Of a DNA stretch of 64,000 nucleotides, positions 46,794 through 54,314 are shown in pieces. Under the pieces are notes generated by a model. The model was not told the origin of the DNA. It worked only from the letters and a program-made list of their open reading frames with translations, and searched no databases. The stretch is taken from the IMG/VR virus record IMGVR_UViG_3300036855_000054, positions 33,058-97,057 of that record; one strand, 5' to 3'. The position numbers and the translations under genes are program-made. Source of the DNA: a virus. Its lineage: Duplodnaviria > Caudoviricetes. Numbering within the stretch: position 1 is the stretch's first letter; every line of letters begins with the position of its first letter.

Positions 46794-46990
46794 GCAGCCC
46801 CGGCACGGAGAGCACGGCTGCCCGCCTGTCCCGGCTGGGCTCCTCCGGGCACATCAAGGTCGGATGGGAACCGCCACAGCCGCACGTGGACGGGTGCGTG
46901 GCGGTCACCAGCGGGGTCGGCACTGACTGCACCTGTGGGGAGGACGGCTGGAAGGCCGACCGATGGTGGCGCGACCAAGGCGGTGAGTGA
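46790..46990 (+). CDS. Small hypothetical protein
   Basis: H..GC....CTC; coupled. Confidence 0.5.
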   Translation: MSSPGTESTAARLSRLGSSGHIKVGWEPPQPHVDGCVAVTSGVGTDCTCGEDGWKADRWWRDQGGE

Positions 46991-47817
46991 CGGTGGACTG
47001 CTTCTACCTGGGTGTGCACCAGCCGGGTTGGCTCGCGGTCAGCGACGTCCCCCTGTTCGTTTCCCACCGCCGCCTGGCCTCGTACCGCACACTGCCCCGT
47101 GCCCGGGCCGATTGGGCACTCGACTCTGGCGGCTTCTCCGAACTGACCCTGCACGGCGAATGGCGCACCACCCCGGAGGAGTACGCGACAGCTGTGCGCC
47201 GCTACGACCTGCAAGTCGGCCGCCTGTGCTGGGCGGCGCCGCAGGACTGGATGTGCGAACCGGTGATGCTCGCCCGCACCGGCCTGAGTGTCACCGAGCA
47301 CCAGCACCGGACCGTGGAGAACTATCTGCGCCTGCAGGAAATCTGGTCCGGGGACACCGACGACGAGCCCCCGTTCGTTCCCGTACTGCAGGGCTGGACC
47401 ATCGATGACTACCTGCGCTGCTGGGACCTGTACACCACGGCCGGGGTTGACCTGCGGAACGTGTTCCTCGTCGGACTCGGATCCGTGTGCCGACGCCAAG
47501 CCACCAGCGAGATCGGGCGGATCGTCACCACATTCCGATCCATCGACCCCGGGCTGCCGTTGCACGGCTTCGGCTGCAAAACCCTCGGGCTGCGCCGCTA
47601 CGGACACCACCTGTCCTCCGCCGACTCAATGGCCTGGTCATTCGAGGCACGCCGCATGCAGCGACTATCCGGCGCGCCCGGCTGTTCGTCCACCCACAAG
47701 AACTGCGCGAACTGCCTTCCCTACGCCCTGCACTGGCGGAGCCAGATGATCGACGGCTTCGAGAACAACACCACCGTGCAGGGCGACCTATTCGAGTCCA
47801 TGGCGGGTGTGGCGTGA
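46987..47817 (+). CDS. DpdA/TGT-like base-exchange transglycosylase
   Basis: WALDSGGFSEL, AAPQDWMCEP, PVLQG, VGLGSVCRR, LHGFG.K, SADSMAWS, CANC. Confidence 0.8.
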   Translation: MTVDCFYLGVHQPGWLAVSDVPLFVSHRRLASYRTLPRARADWALDSGGFSELTLHGEWRTTPEEYATAVRRYDLQVGRLCWAAPQDWMCEPVMLARTGLSVTEHQHRTVENYLRLQEIWSGDTDDEPPFVPVLQGWTIDDYLRCWDLYTTAGVDLRNVFLVGLGSVCRRQATSEIGRIVTTFRSIDPGLPLHGFGCKTLGLRRYGHHLSSADSMAWSFEARRMQRLSGAPGCSSTHKNCANCLPYALHWRSQMIDGFENNTTVQGDLFESMAGVA

Positions 47818-48083
47818 GCGATACCCCCACGGATCTCGCCTGCCACCCCGACAGTGCCCCGCTGGCCGACCGGGCACTGTTCGCCATCCCCACCGGGCGA
47901 GCGGTGGCGCAACACCTGGCCGACACGTACTGCCGCCACTGCGCGGGTCGGGACTGGTGCGCTGGTGAGCAGCGCAAACTCGGATCACCAGGGGTGTGGG
48001 CCGGGCAGTGGTTCAAGCCGTCGCTGGGCAACCGGGGACGCAGCACGCCCACGCCCGTGAACCTGCTGGGCGAGGCGCCGTGA
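47814..48083 (+). CDS. WhiB-like protein (divergent)
   Basis: C...YCRHCAGRDWC...GVWAG. Confidence 0.6.
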   Translation: MSDTPTDLACHPDSAPLADRALFAIPTGRAVAQHLADTYCRHCAGRDWCAGEQRKLGSPGVWAGQWFKPSLGNRGRSTPTPVNLLGEAP

Positions 48084-48289
48084 AAGCCACGCGCTGGCAG
48101 CGCCGCCGTGCTTTCTCCACCCACGAACGGGCCGCCATGGAGAAAGCCGCCGCGCTCGCCGGGTGGCCCTGGGGATGCTGCGACCGGTGCAACCGCACCG
48201 CTCCCGTGGCGTTCAGCCGGAACGGGCCACTGTGCCCCGTGTGCGCGGGACCCGCATCGGACAGAACCGAAAGGAGGGAGGGGAGGTGA
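48080..48289 (+). CDS. Small Zn-ribbon protein
   Basis: CDRC...LCPVC. Confidence 0.5.
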   Translation: MKATRWQRRRAFSTHERAAMEKAAALAGWPWGCCDRCNRTAPVAFSRNGPLCPVCAGPASDRTERREGR

Positions 48290-48555
48290 AACGCCATGTG
48301 CCCCGAGGGTTGCTACAAGCATCTCGTGAACGGTCAGTGGGTGTGCTGCAAGTGCGGCAGCTGAGGTTGGCGGACGGGCCAGGGTCTAGCTGGCCCGTCC
48401 TGCCGGGAGTCTATGACGCTTCCGGTGGGCCGGGATATCCGCATCAGCGGAGCCGTACAAAAAGAATCGTGACACGCACGCCGTGAATGGCGTGGCGGCG
48501 TGAAGTGTGCCCCGAATTGAGGGAAAATGGAACGTACCCGATCGAATTGGAGAAC

Positions 48556-49329
48556 GTGGTGACCTCAACCGAGACGACCACAGGGCAGGTCGACGTCAAG
48601 CCGACCACTTGCACCATTAACGAGGCGGCGCTGAGTAGCCTCCTTTCGGATTTGTCGAAGACCACGAGTGACGATCCGATACTCATTTCGCTGCATGGCG
48701 TGCTGCTACACACGGCCGACCACGACGGGACGCCGGTCCTGGTCGCGACCTCCAGCAACCGGTACGTGGCAGCCCAGGAGCACCTGCCGTGCTCGGGCGA
48801 GTTGCCCAGCGCAGTGTTCCTCTCGCTGCCTCACGTGAATGCGATCGAGCAGCACCTCGCTAACAGTCGTAGCGAGTTCGGCAGCTCTGTTTGCCAGGAG
48901 TGCGGCGTGCGCGAGGATTGCACCCGATGCGACCGCGACGACTACGTTCCTCCGCGCATGGTTGAGCTTGCGGTGTCGCCGAATGGCGCGCGACTCGCGA
49001 CGCGGGTTATCCCGGCTGGCGGTGCGCGTAATGAAGGGGTGACGATCACGGTTCCGGTGGAGAAGTTTGGGACGCTCCCCGCGAGAGTGTTCGATCTTCT
49101 CGGTGCGCCGGACACTGCGGAGCCTGTGGCTGGCCCGGTGGTTCTTGCCCCAGAGTCCCTGCGCGCGCTGACCGCGATCCCGTCGCGGGGTGAGTCGTTC
49201 CACCTGACGGGGTTCGGTCCCGACAAGCCTGTCTTGGTCCAGGTCGGGCAGAACTATCGCGCGGTGGTGATGCCGAAGCGCGACGACTGCGCGTTGTCCC
49301 CAGTGTTCGGCCTGCCGAGTGCGCCATGA
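48556..49329 (+). CDS. Second beta-clamp-like protein with Cys insert
   Basis: SDDPILISLHGVLLH...LVATSSNRYV, DKPVLV..G..YRAVVMP; paralog of 28562-29377. Confidence 0.65.
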   Translation: MVTSTETTTGQVDVKPTTCTINEAALSSLLSDLSKTTSDDPILISLHGVLLHTADHDGTPVLVATSSNRYVAAQEHLPCSGELPSAVFLSLPHVNAIEQHLANSRSEFGSSVCQECGVREDCTRCDRDDYVPPRMVELAVSPNGARLATRVIPAGGARNEGVTITVPVEKFGTLPARVFDLLGAPDTAEPVAGPVVLAPESLRALTAIPSRGESFHLTGFGPDKPVLVQVGQNYRAVVMPKRDDCALSPVFGLPSAP

Positions 49330-49511
49330 CCCCTCCCACCGAGACCCCGATCATCCCCCGCTGCGAGGTGTGCCGGGACACGGGAGCAGTGGAGGACGAC
49401 CGCACCGCCACTTCGGGTGCACGTCCCGCTCCGTGTCCTGACTGCCCGAGGGGTGGGTGGCTGGACGTCCCACCGGAGGAGCACCGACGCAAGGAAGGCG
49501 GGAGCGAATGA
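49326..49511 (+). CDS. Small Zn-finger protein
   Basis: CEVCRDTG...PCPDC. Confidence 0.5.
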   Translation: MTPPTETPIIPRCEVCRDTGAVEDDRTATSGARPAPCPDCPRGGWLDVPPEEHRRKEGGSE

Positions 49512-50035
49512 CCACTCAGTACGACCTCGCCAACGGTACGAAGTCGCGGGCCCTGCTCAGCGAGTGCGGCACCTACCGCTACCGACTCAGTCGTCAGTGG
49601 ACGTTCGCCGCCTTCCGGTTGGCCTGGGTGATGCTCAACCCCTCCACAGCGGACGCCGAGCAGGACGACCCGACGATCCGCCGCTGCATGGGCTTCGCGA
49701 AGACGTGGGGCTACGGCGGCATCGTGGTGGTCAACCTGTTCGCCCTGCGCGCGACCGATCCGCGCGAGCTGCGCCATCACGCCGACCCGGTCGGCGTGGA
49801 GAACGACGAGCACATCCGCAAGGTGGCCCGCGACGAGGGCGCGGTTGTCTGCGCGTGGGGAGCGCACCCATTCGCATCCGAACGGGCAGCGGAGGTGTTG
49901 CGGATCATCCGGGCCAACCAGCCCACGGCCTTGTGTCTCGGCACCACGAAGGGTGGCGCTCCTCGCCATCCGCTCTACGTGAAGGGCACGACCGAACTGG
50001 TCGATCTCGTGGAGGTCAGCGATGCCAGCGTGTGA
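49508..50035 (+). CDS. DUF1643 family protein
   Basis: YRYRLSRQW, VMLNPSTAD..DDPTIRRC, NLFALRATDP, AWG, PRHPLY. Confidence 0.9.
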   Translation: MTTQYDLANGTKSRALLSECGTYRYRLSRQWTFAAFRLAWVMLNPSTADAEQDDPTIRRCMGFAKTWGYGGIVVVNLFALRATDPRELRHHADPVGVENDEHIRKVARDEGAVVCAWGAHPFASERAAEVLRIIRANQPTALCLGTTKGGAPRHPLYVKGTTELVDLVEVSDASV

Positions 50036-50208
50036 ACCCGAGCGGGTCGATGTGGATGGCACCGAGGTGGTGGCGCTGGTCCGGAAGGCCAAGCCTGGGG
50101 ACTCGCTGACCGACGTCGACCGGCAGGCCATAGCCGACTTCGCCCGATTCCTGCGCGTTGACGCGAGGGCAAGGCGGCACCGCACCACCGAGCCGAAGGA
50201 GCAGGGCA

Positions 50209-50541
50209 ATGGCTGAGCACGAACTCAAGACGTGGCCCGAGTACTTCCAGGCCATCAAGCGTGGCGACAAGACGTTCGAGTTGCGCCGCAACGACCGGGA
50301 CTTCCAAGTCGGCGACATACTGCGGCTCAGTGAGTGGGAGCCGACAACGGGGACCTACTCGGGTAGCGAACTGCTGGTGCGGGTGACGCACTTGATGGTG
50401 GGCGGGGTCTTCGGACTGGAGCCCGGATTCGTCGCTCTGAGCATCACGGCCACCAGCCCAGCGCTTGAACTGGCCGAGCGCGGCCTTCGACAGATGCGAG
50501 CTGAGATGGACGCCGACGAGGCATCGAGGGCTGACCAATGA
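50209..50541 (+). CDS. DUF3850 (ASCH/PUA-like) protein
   Basis: HELKTWPEYFQAI..GDKTFELRRNDRDFQVGD.L.L.EW. Confidence 0.88.
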   Translation: MAEHELKTWPEYFQAIKRGDKTFELRRNDRDFQVGDILRLSEWEPTTGTYSGSELLVRVTHLMVGGVFGLEPGFVALSITATSPALELAERGLRQMRAEMDADEASRADQ

Positions 50542-50963
50542 GCGGCAGCACTGGGACCACGATCCCCAAGCATCCCGCCGACGTCCGCACGATCACCGTC
50601 CACCGGGCCGACCTGTCGTACGAGACGGCAGCCGAGTCCACCGGGGACCCGAACCTGTGGGTCGCTCCCGAGGTGGACCGGATGTGCTACGACGACGATG
50701 AGGACGGGACCCAGGTGTTCAGCTTCGAGTTCACCGGGTATTGGGTCGTGGTGCACGGCCCCTCGGGGAGGCTCGTGAACGTCTCGTTGCTCGACCCGCT
50801 CCAGCGCGTCGGGTCGGCGCGTCTCCTCGCGTCCCGGCTTGTGGGTGTCGCCGACTGGTCGCTCCCTGCGGAGCAGATCCGCCAGGACAGGGAGGCCAGC
50901 GATCGCGTGCGCGCCATCGTGCGCGAGGTTGCCGCCGCTGAGGCAGCGAGGGCCGCGCGGTGA
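50538..50963 (+). CDS. Hypothetical protein
   Basis: 141 aa, coupled. Confidence 0.55.
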   Translation: MSGSTGTTIPKHPADVRTITVHRADLSYETAAESTGDPNLWVAPEVDRMCYDDDEDGTQVFSFEFTGYWVVVHGPSGRLVNVSLLDPLQRVGSARLLASRLVGVADWSLPAEQIRQDREASDRVRAIVREVAAAEAARAAR

Positions 50964-51409
50964 GCGACGCCCTGGTGAAGCTGTGCGAGCAGGCCCTCCG
51001 TGACAGTTCGGCCCAGGGTGAGCAGCGGTACGCCGTCAGGGCTCAGCGCCTCGCTGACGCGCTACTCCCCGCCGTGACCTCGTGGGACTGGCTGATGGGC
51101 ATCCTCGCCGAGCACTACTCACCCGAGGTGTTCGACGGGACCAGCCGTGACCCTGGCCCGCAGATCGTGGCGCTGACCCGCGCGCTGAACGAGGTGAGCG
51201 AACTGCTCGGCTACTTGCTGCGCCAGTACGACCGGGTGGTGGGCATGCATGAGCAGATCGTGATGGACACCGAGAAGGACCAGGACCTGCACGCGCGGTC
51301 GGTGGAGGCGTTCCGGCTGGGCGCACGTCCGGTGCGGGAGTTCATCGCCAAGCTCAGCGCGGTGTCGGGTAGTCACCTAGCAGCTGACACGACGCCGGAT
51401 GGAACCTGA
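50960..51409 (+). CDS. Hypothetical protein
   Basis: 149 aa, coupled. Confidence 0.55.
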   Translation: MSDALVKLCEQALRDSSAQGEQRYAVRAQRLADALLPAVTSWDWLMGILAEHYSPEVFDGTSRDPGPQIVALTRALNEVSELLGYLLRQYDRVVGMHEQIVMDTEKDQDLHARSVEAFRLGARPVREFIAKLSAVSGSHLAADTTPDGT

Positions 51410-51620
51410 CATGGGCACTGACGTCGGGCGCACCGTCTACACCGAGCAGGAGATCGCCGAGCGGATCGAGCGAGAGCACGCAGAGCGGCGCAGGCGGTCC
51501 TCGCGTTGGCAGGCTGCCAACAACCGCCGGAACTGCCGCGACAGCGAGGCCTGCCGACCGGACACGTCCCGCCCATACTTCCTGGACCAGATTGCCACCG
51601 AGGGCAGCCGTGGACGCTGA
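51399..51620 (+). CDS. Hypothetical protein
   Basis: 73 aa, overlaps neighbours. Confidence 0.45.
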   Translation: MEPDMGTDVGRTVYTEQEIAERIEREHAERRRRSSRWQAANNRRNCRDSEACRPDTSRPYFLDQIATEGSRGR

Positions 51621-52026
51621 CATTGAGCACGTCGTCAACCACTACGCCACCCTCCGGGTCCTGATCACCGGTAGCCGTGAGTGGCGGGACCGTGACGTCA
51701 TCCGGCAGGCACTGCTGTCCATCGCGTCCGTCCACGGCATCCCCGCCCGCAACGTCACGGTCGTACACGGCGCTGCCCGCGGCGCTGACAGCATCGCCGC
51801 CGAGATCGCCGCCCAACTCGGCATGGTGGTGGAGCCCCATCCCGCCGACTGGAAGACGCATGGCAAAGCGGCCGGGGTGATCCGTAACGCCGAGATGGTC
51901 TGTCTCGGCGCCGGCGTCTGCCTGGCTTTCCCGCTCGGCCGCTCGGTGGGCACGCAGGACTGCATGCGCCGGGCACGCAAGGCAGGCATCACCGTCATCG
52001 ACTACGGCGACAGGTGCACGGCATGA
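51610..52026 (+). CDS. DUF2493 (SLOG superfamily) protein
   Basis: RVLITGSREW, VVHGAARGAD, HPADW..HGKAAG.IRN.EM, GT.DC. Confidence 0.88.
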   Translation: MDADIEHVVNHYATLRVLITGSREWRDRDVIRQALLSIASVHGIPARNVTVVHGAARGADSIAAEIAAQLGMVVEPHPADWKTHGKAAGVIRNAEMVCLGAGVCLAFPLGRSVGTQDCMRRARKAGITVIDYGDRCTA

Positions 52027-52541
52027 ACATCGTCATCTGCGCTTCCCTCGCGCACCCCGACCTGATCGCCGCTGCCGTAGCGGACCTGTCCGGACCTGGC
52101 GTGACCGTCCACGCCCCGCAGGCCGGCCGCTGGCCGGAGCCCGTGATGGCCCGCTTGGCGTGGCACAGGCTGATCGATACCTGTGCCTTGGTGGTCGCCA
52201 TCGCCAAGCCGGGCGGCGACATCGGGAACGCGGTGCGCGATGAGCTCCACCACGCCGTGTTCTGCGCCCGCAAACCGCTCCGCTGGTGGAAGCCGGCTGA
52301 GCCGCTGGCCTACCCGGAGGAGACGAAGACAGCACTGCTGTGCGCCCTGCCGGGCCGTAAAGGCGGCCAGGTCACCGTGGGGGACTCCCGCCTGCCGGCG
52401 CACATGGTGCTCGACGTGATCCGGCTGCACGGGATGCAGGAGGCGGCGATCATGTGGCCGCAACTGCCCGGTGAGGAGCTGACGGTCATGGCCCAGTTGG
52501 CGGAGGACCTCGCCATGGAGGAGGCAGACGGCGATGAATGA
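52023..52541 (+). CDS. NDT-like Rossmann domain fused to DUF433-like wHTH
   Basis: N-terminus IVICAS...H.LID...VV...GDIGNAVRDEL.HA...KP; C-terminus PGRKGGQVTVGDSRLP...WPQL. Confidence 0.6.
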   Translation: MNIVICASLAHPDLIAAAVADLSGPGVTVHAPQAGRWPEPVMARLAWHRLIDTCALVVAIAKPGGDIGNAVRDELHHAVFCARKPLRWWKPAEPLAYPEETKTALLCALPGRKGGQVTVGDSRLPAHMVLDVIRLHGMQEAAIMWPQLPGEELTVMAQLAEDLAMEEADGDE

Positions 52542-52764
52542 GCCGATCACCCGGCGGCAACGCCAGGTCATCGCGGCCATCACCGGCTACATCCGCGAGC
52601 ACGGCTATCCCCCGTCGATGCGGGAGGTCGGGGACGCGGTCGGGATCGCCTCCACCTCAGCGGTCGCCCACCAGCTGCGCGCCCTGGAGCGCAAGGGGCG
52701 CATCAGGCGCACCCCGGGAAAGCCGAGGGCCATCACGATCGTCAACCTCGAGGTGCAGGCGTGA
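52534..52764 (+). CDS. LexA-type DNA-binding domain protein (no peptidase domain)
   Basis: TRRQRQV...GYPPSMREVG.AVG.ASTSAV...L..LERKG.IRR....RAI. Confidence 0.88.
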   Translation: MNEPITRRQRQVIAAITGYIREHGYPPSMREVGDAVGIASTSAVAHQLRALERKGRIRRTPGKPRAITIVNLEVQA

Positions 52765-53192
52765 CCGGCAGCTTGCAGGAGACGACAGCCGTCGAGCTCG
52801 ACGTGTTCGTGCCGGGTCGCCCCGCCGCTCAGGGCAGCAAGCGGCACCTCGGCCGCGGCGTCCTCGTGGAACAGTCCAAGGCTGTCGGGCCGTGGCGTCA
52901 GCAGGTGGCGTGGTGCGCGCGGCAGGCCCGCGGCCCGGCGGAACTGCTCGACTGTGCGCTGGTGCTGCAACTCGAGTTCGTGATGCCCCGGCCGGCCAGC
53001 ACCCCGAAGCTGTCGACACCGCCAGCGGTGAAGCGACCCGACATCGACAAGCTCAGCCGGGCGATCTGTGACGCTTTGTCCGTTGTTATCTGGCGCGATG
53101 ATTCCCTGGTGGTGGACCTGCACGCCCGGAAGCGCATCGCCGAGATCGGTGAGGCCCCGGGTTGCCGGATCGTGCTACGCCGCGCGGTCTAG
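52761..53192 (+). CDS. rusA: RusA-like Holliday junction resolvase
   Basis: VPGRPAAQGSK, KRPDIDKL.RAI.DAL, DDSLVV. Confidence 0.9.
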   Translation: MTGSLQETTAVELDVFVPGRPAAQGSKRHLGRGVLVEQSKAVGPWRQQVAWCARQARGPAELLDCALVLQLEFVMPRPASTPKLSTPPAVKRPDIDKLSRAICDALSVVIWRDDSLVVDLHARKRIAEIGEAPGCRIVLRRAV

Positions 53193-53230
53193 TACCCACA
53201 CCTGCCGCGAACCGAACTCCGGCACATGCA

Positions 53231-53265
53231 ACGGCCCCGCACTCCTGATTCGGAGGCGGGGCCGT
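53231..53265. terminator. Terminator between convergent operons
   Basis: ACGGCCCCGC / GCGGGGCCGT stem. Confidence 0.75.
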
Positions 53266-53279
53266 GGGTGCTGCTGTGG

Positions 53280-53357
53280 CTAGTTCTTCTTGGGGACGTT
53301 CGGGCCGTACACCGGGTCGGTCTGGTCCTGGTCGCCAACCTTGCTGCTGCTGATCAT
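53280..53357 (-). CDS. 25-aa small peptide
   Basis: RBS AGAGAGGT 6 nt before ATG; MISSSKVGDQDQTDPVYGPNVPKKN*; terminator follows. Confidence 0.5.
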   Translation of the reverse strand: MISSSKVGDQDQTDPVYGPNVPKKN

Positions 53358-53411
53358 GTCGATACCTCTCTGTTCAACCCGTGCGCCTGGTGCGCACGGG
53401 AGTTCTCTTGG

Positions 53412-54081
53412 TTATGGCTGCGTGGTGGCAGCGGCGTGGCTTGCGTGGATCACCAGCGGCAGCACCGTCGGCCACACGCCGGGGATCAGCAGGAATGCGG
53501 CGACGGTCAGCGCGGGCAGCACGATGAAGCGCTCCACCCGGCCTCCGGTGCGGAACCGCAGCCCGCGGGGCAATCGGATCTCGTACCACGTCTCCCCGGC
53601 GATCGGCAGCGGCCACAGCCACGGGCAGCCCCATCAACGTCAGGGAGTCGCCGAGGCAGTGCGTCACGCAACCCAGCGCCATCGCAACGCCGACCAGCCA
53701 CGCCAGGTGCAGCGGGTCGGCCACACCGACCCGGCTGGCCGCGAGGAACGCCCCGCAACCGACCAGCCCGCCGAACGCGGCAGCGAACACCGCCGTGTGC
53801 GTGAGATGCCGGTGCTCACCGGTCCACGGCTCATCGCGGGGACCCTTGGTCGCGGCGTACACCCTGCGGGATGCCTTGCGCATCACGAACGACACGGCCG
53901 GCCCGAGGACCGGAACGAGATGAGTGACGGTGGACTGCCTGTGATCGATATCAGGCACGTATGCCCCGAAGAACGACACGCCCGCCAGGAGCGCACACAC
54001 ACCGGGACTGGCGCCCATCACGTCGCCGAGCGCGAGGCCGGTGGTGATGCCGCTGATGCCGTGGGTTGGTCCAGTGCACAT
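53412..54081 (-). CDS. YdjM-like membrane metal-dependent hydrolase (apparent frameshift near 53630)
   Basis: TH, PDIDH, HRHLTH, HCLGD motifs; natural continuation CPWLWPLPI...LRFRTGG is in the adjacent frame. Confidence 0.75.
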
Positions 54082-54083
54082 GG

Positions 54084-54314
54084 TCAGCCCCACCCGCCGG
54101 AGTCTCCGCCACGATCGCCCCAGGCTGCCCCGCCGCACTTCGGGCAGGTGCCGCGCACCTTCGTGCCGAACAGGTTGCGGCTCTCGATCTTCCCCGAGCC
54201 GCCGCACTTGGAGCACTTGAGAATCTCCGGGTAGCGGCGCACATGCCACTGGTAGAACAGCCACAAAGCCGCGATGGCGACTCCGGCCAGGATGAGGGTG
54301 TGACCGTGACTCAC
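54084..54314 (-). CDS. Membrane-anchored CxxCxGxG Zn-finger protein
   Basis: TM then CSKCGGSG...CPKCGG; typical TraB neighbour. Confidence 0.65.
   Translation of the reverse strand: MSHGHTLILAGVAIAALWLFYQWHVRRYPEILKCSKCGGSGKIESRNLFGTKVRGTCPKCGGAAWGDRGGDSGGWG

Noticed and set aside
52534-52764. Host lexA or SOS-cleavable prophage repressor
   Set aside because: Only the DNA-binding domain is present, with no peptidase or Ala-Gly site, and it sits inside an early operon; common in actinophages
39760-53635. Single-base frameshifts (AAAACCC ~39765; GGGG ~53630; also CCC ~20335) as programmed recoding
   Set aside because: All lie in homopolymer runs; sequencing error or decay is more parsimonious
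53193-54310. clt locus (8-bp TraB recognition repeats)
   Set aside because: No convincing tandem 8-mer array seen by eye downstream of the TraB-like gene
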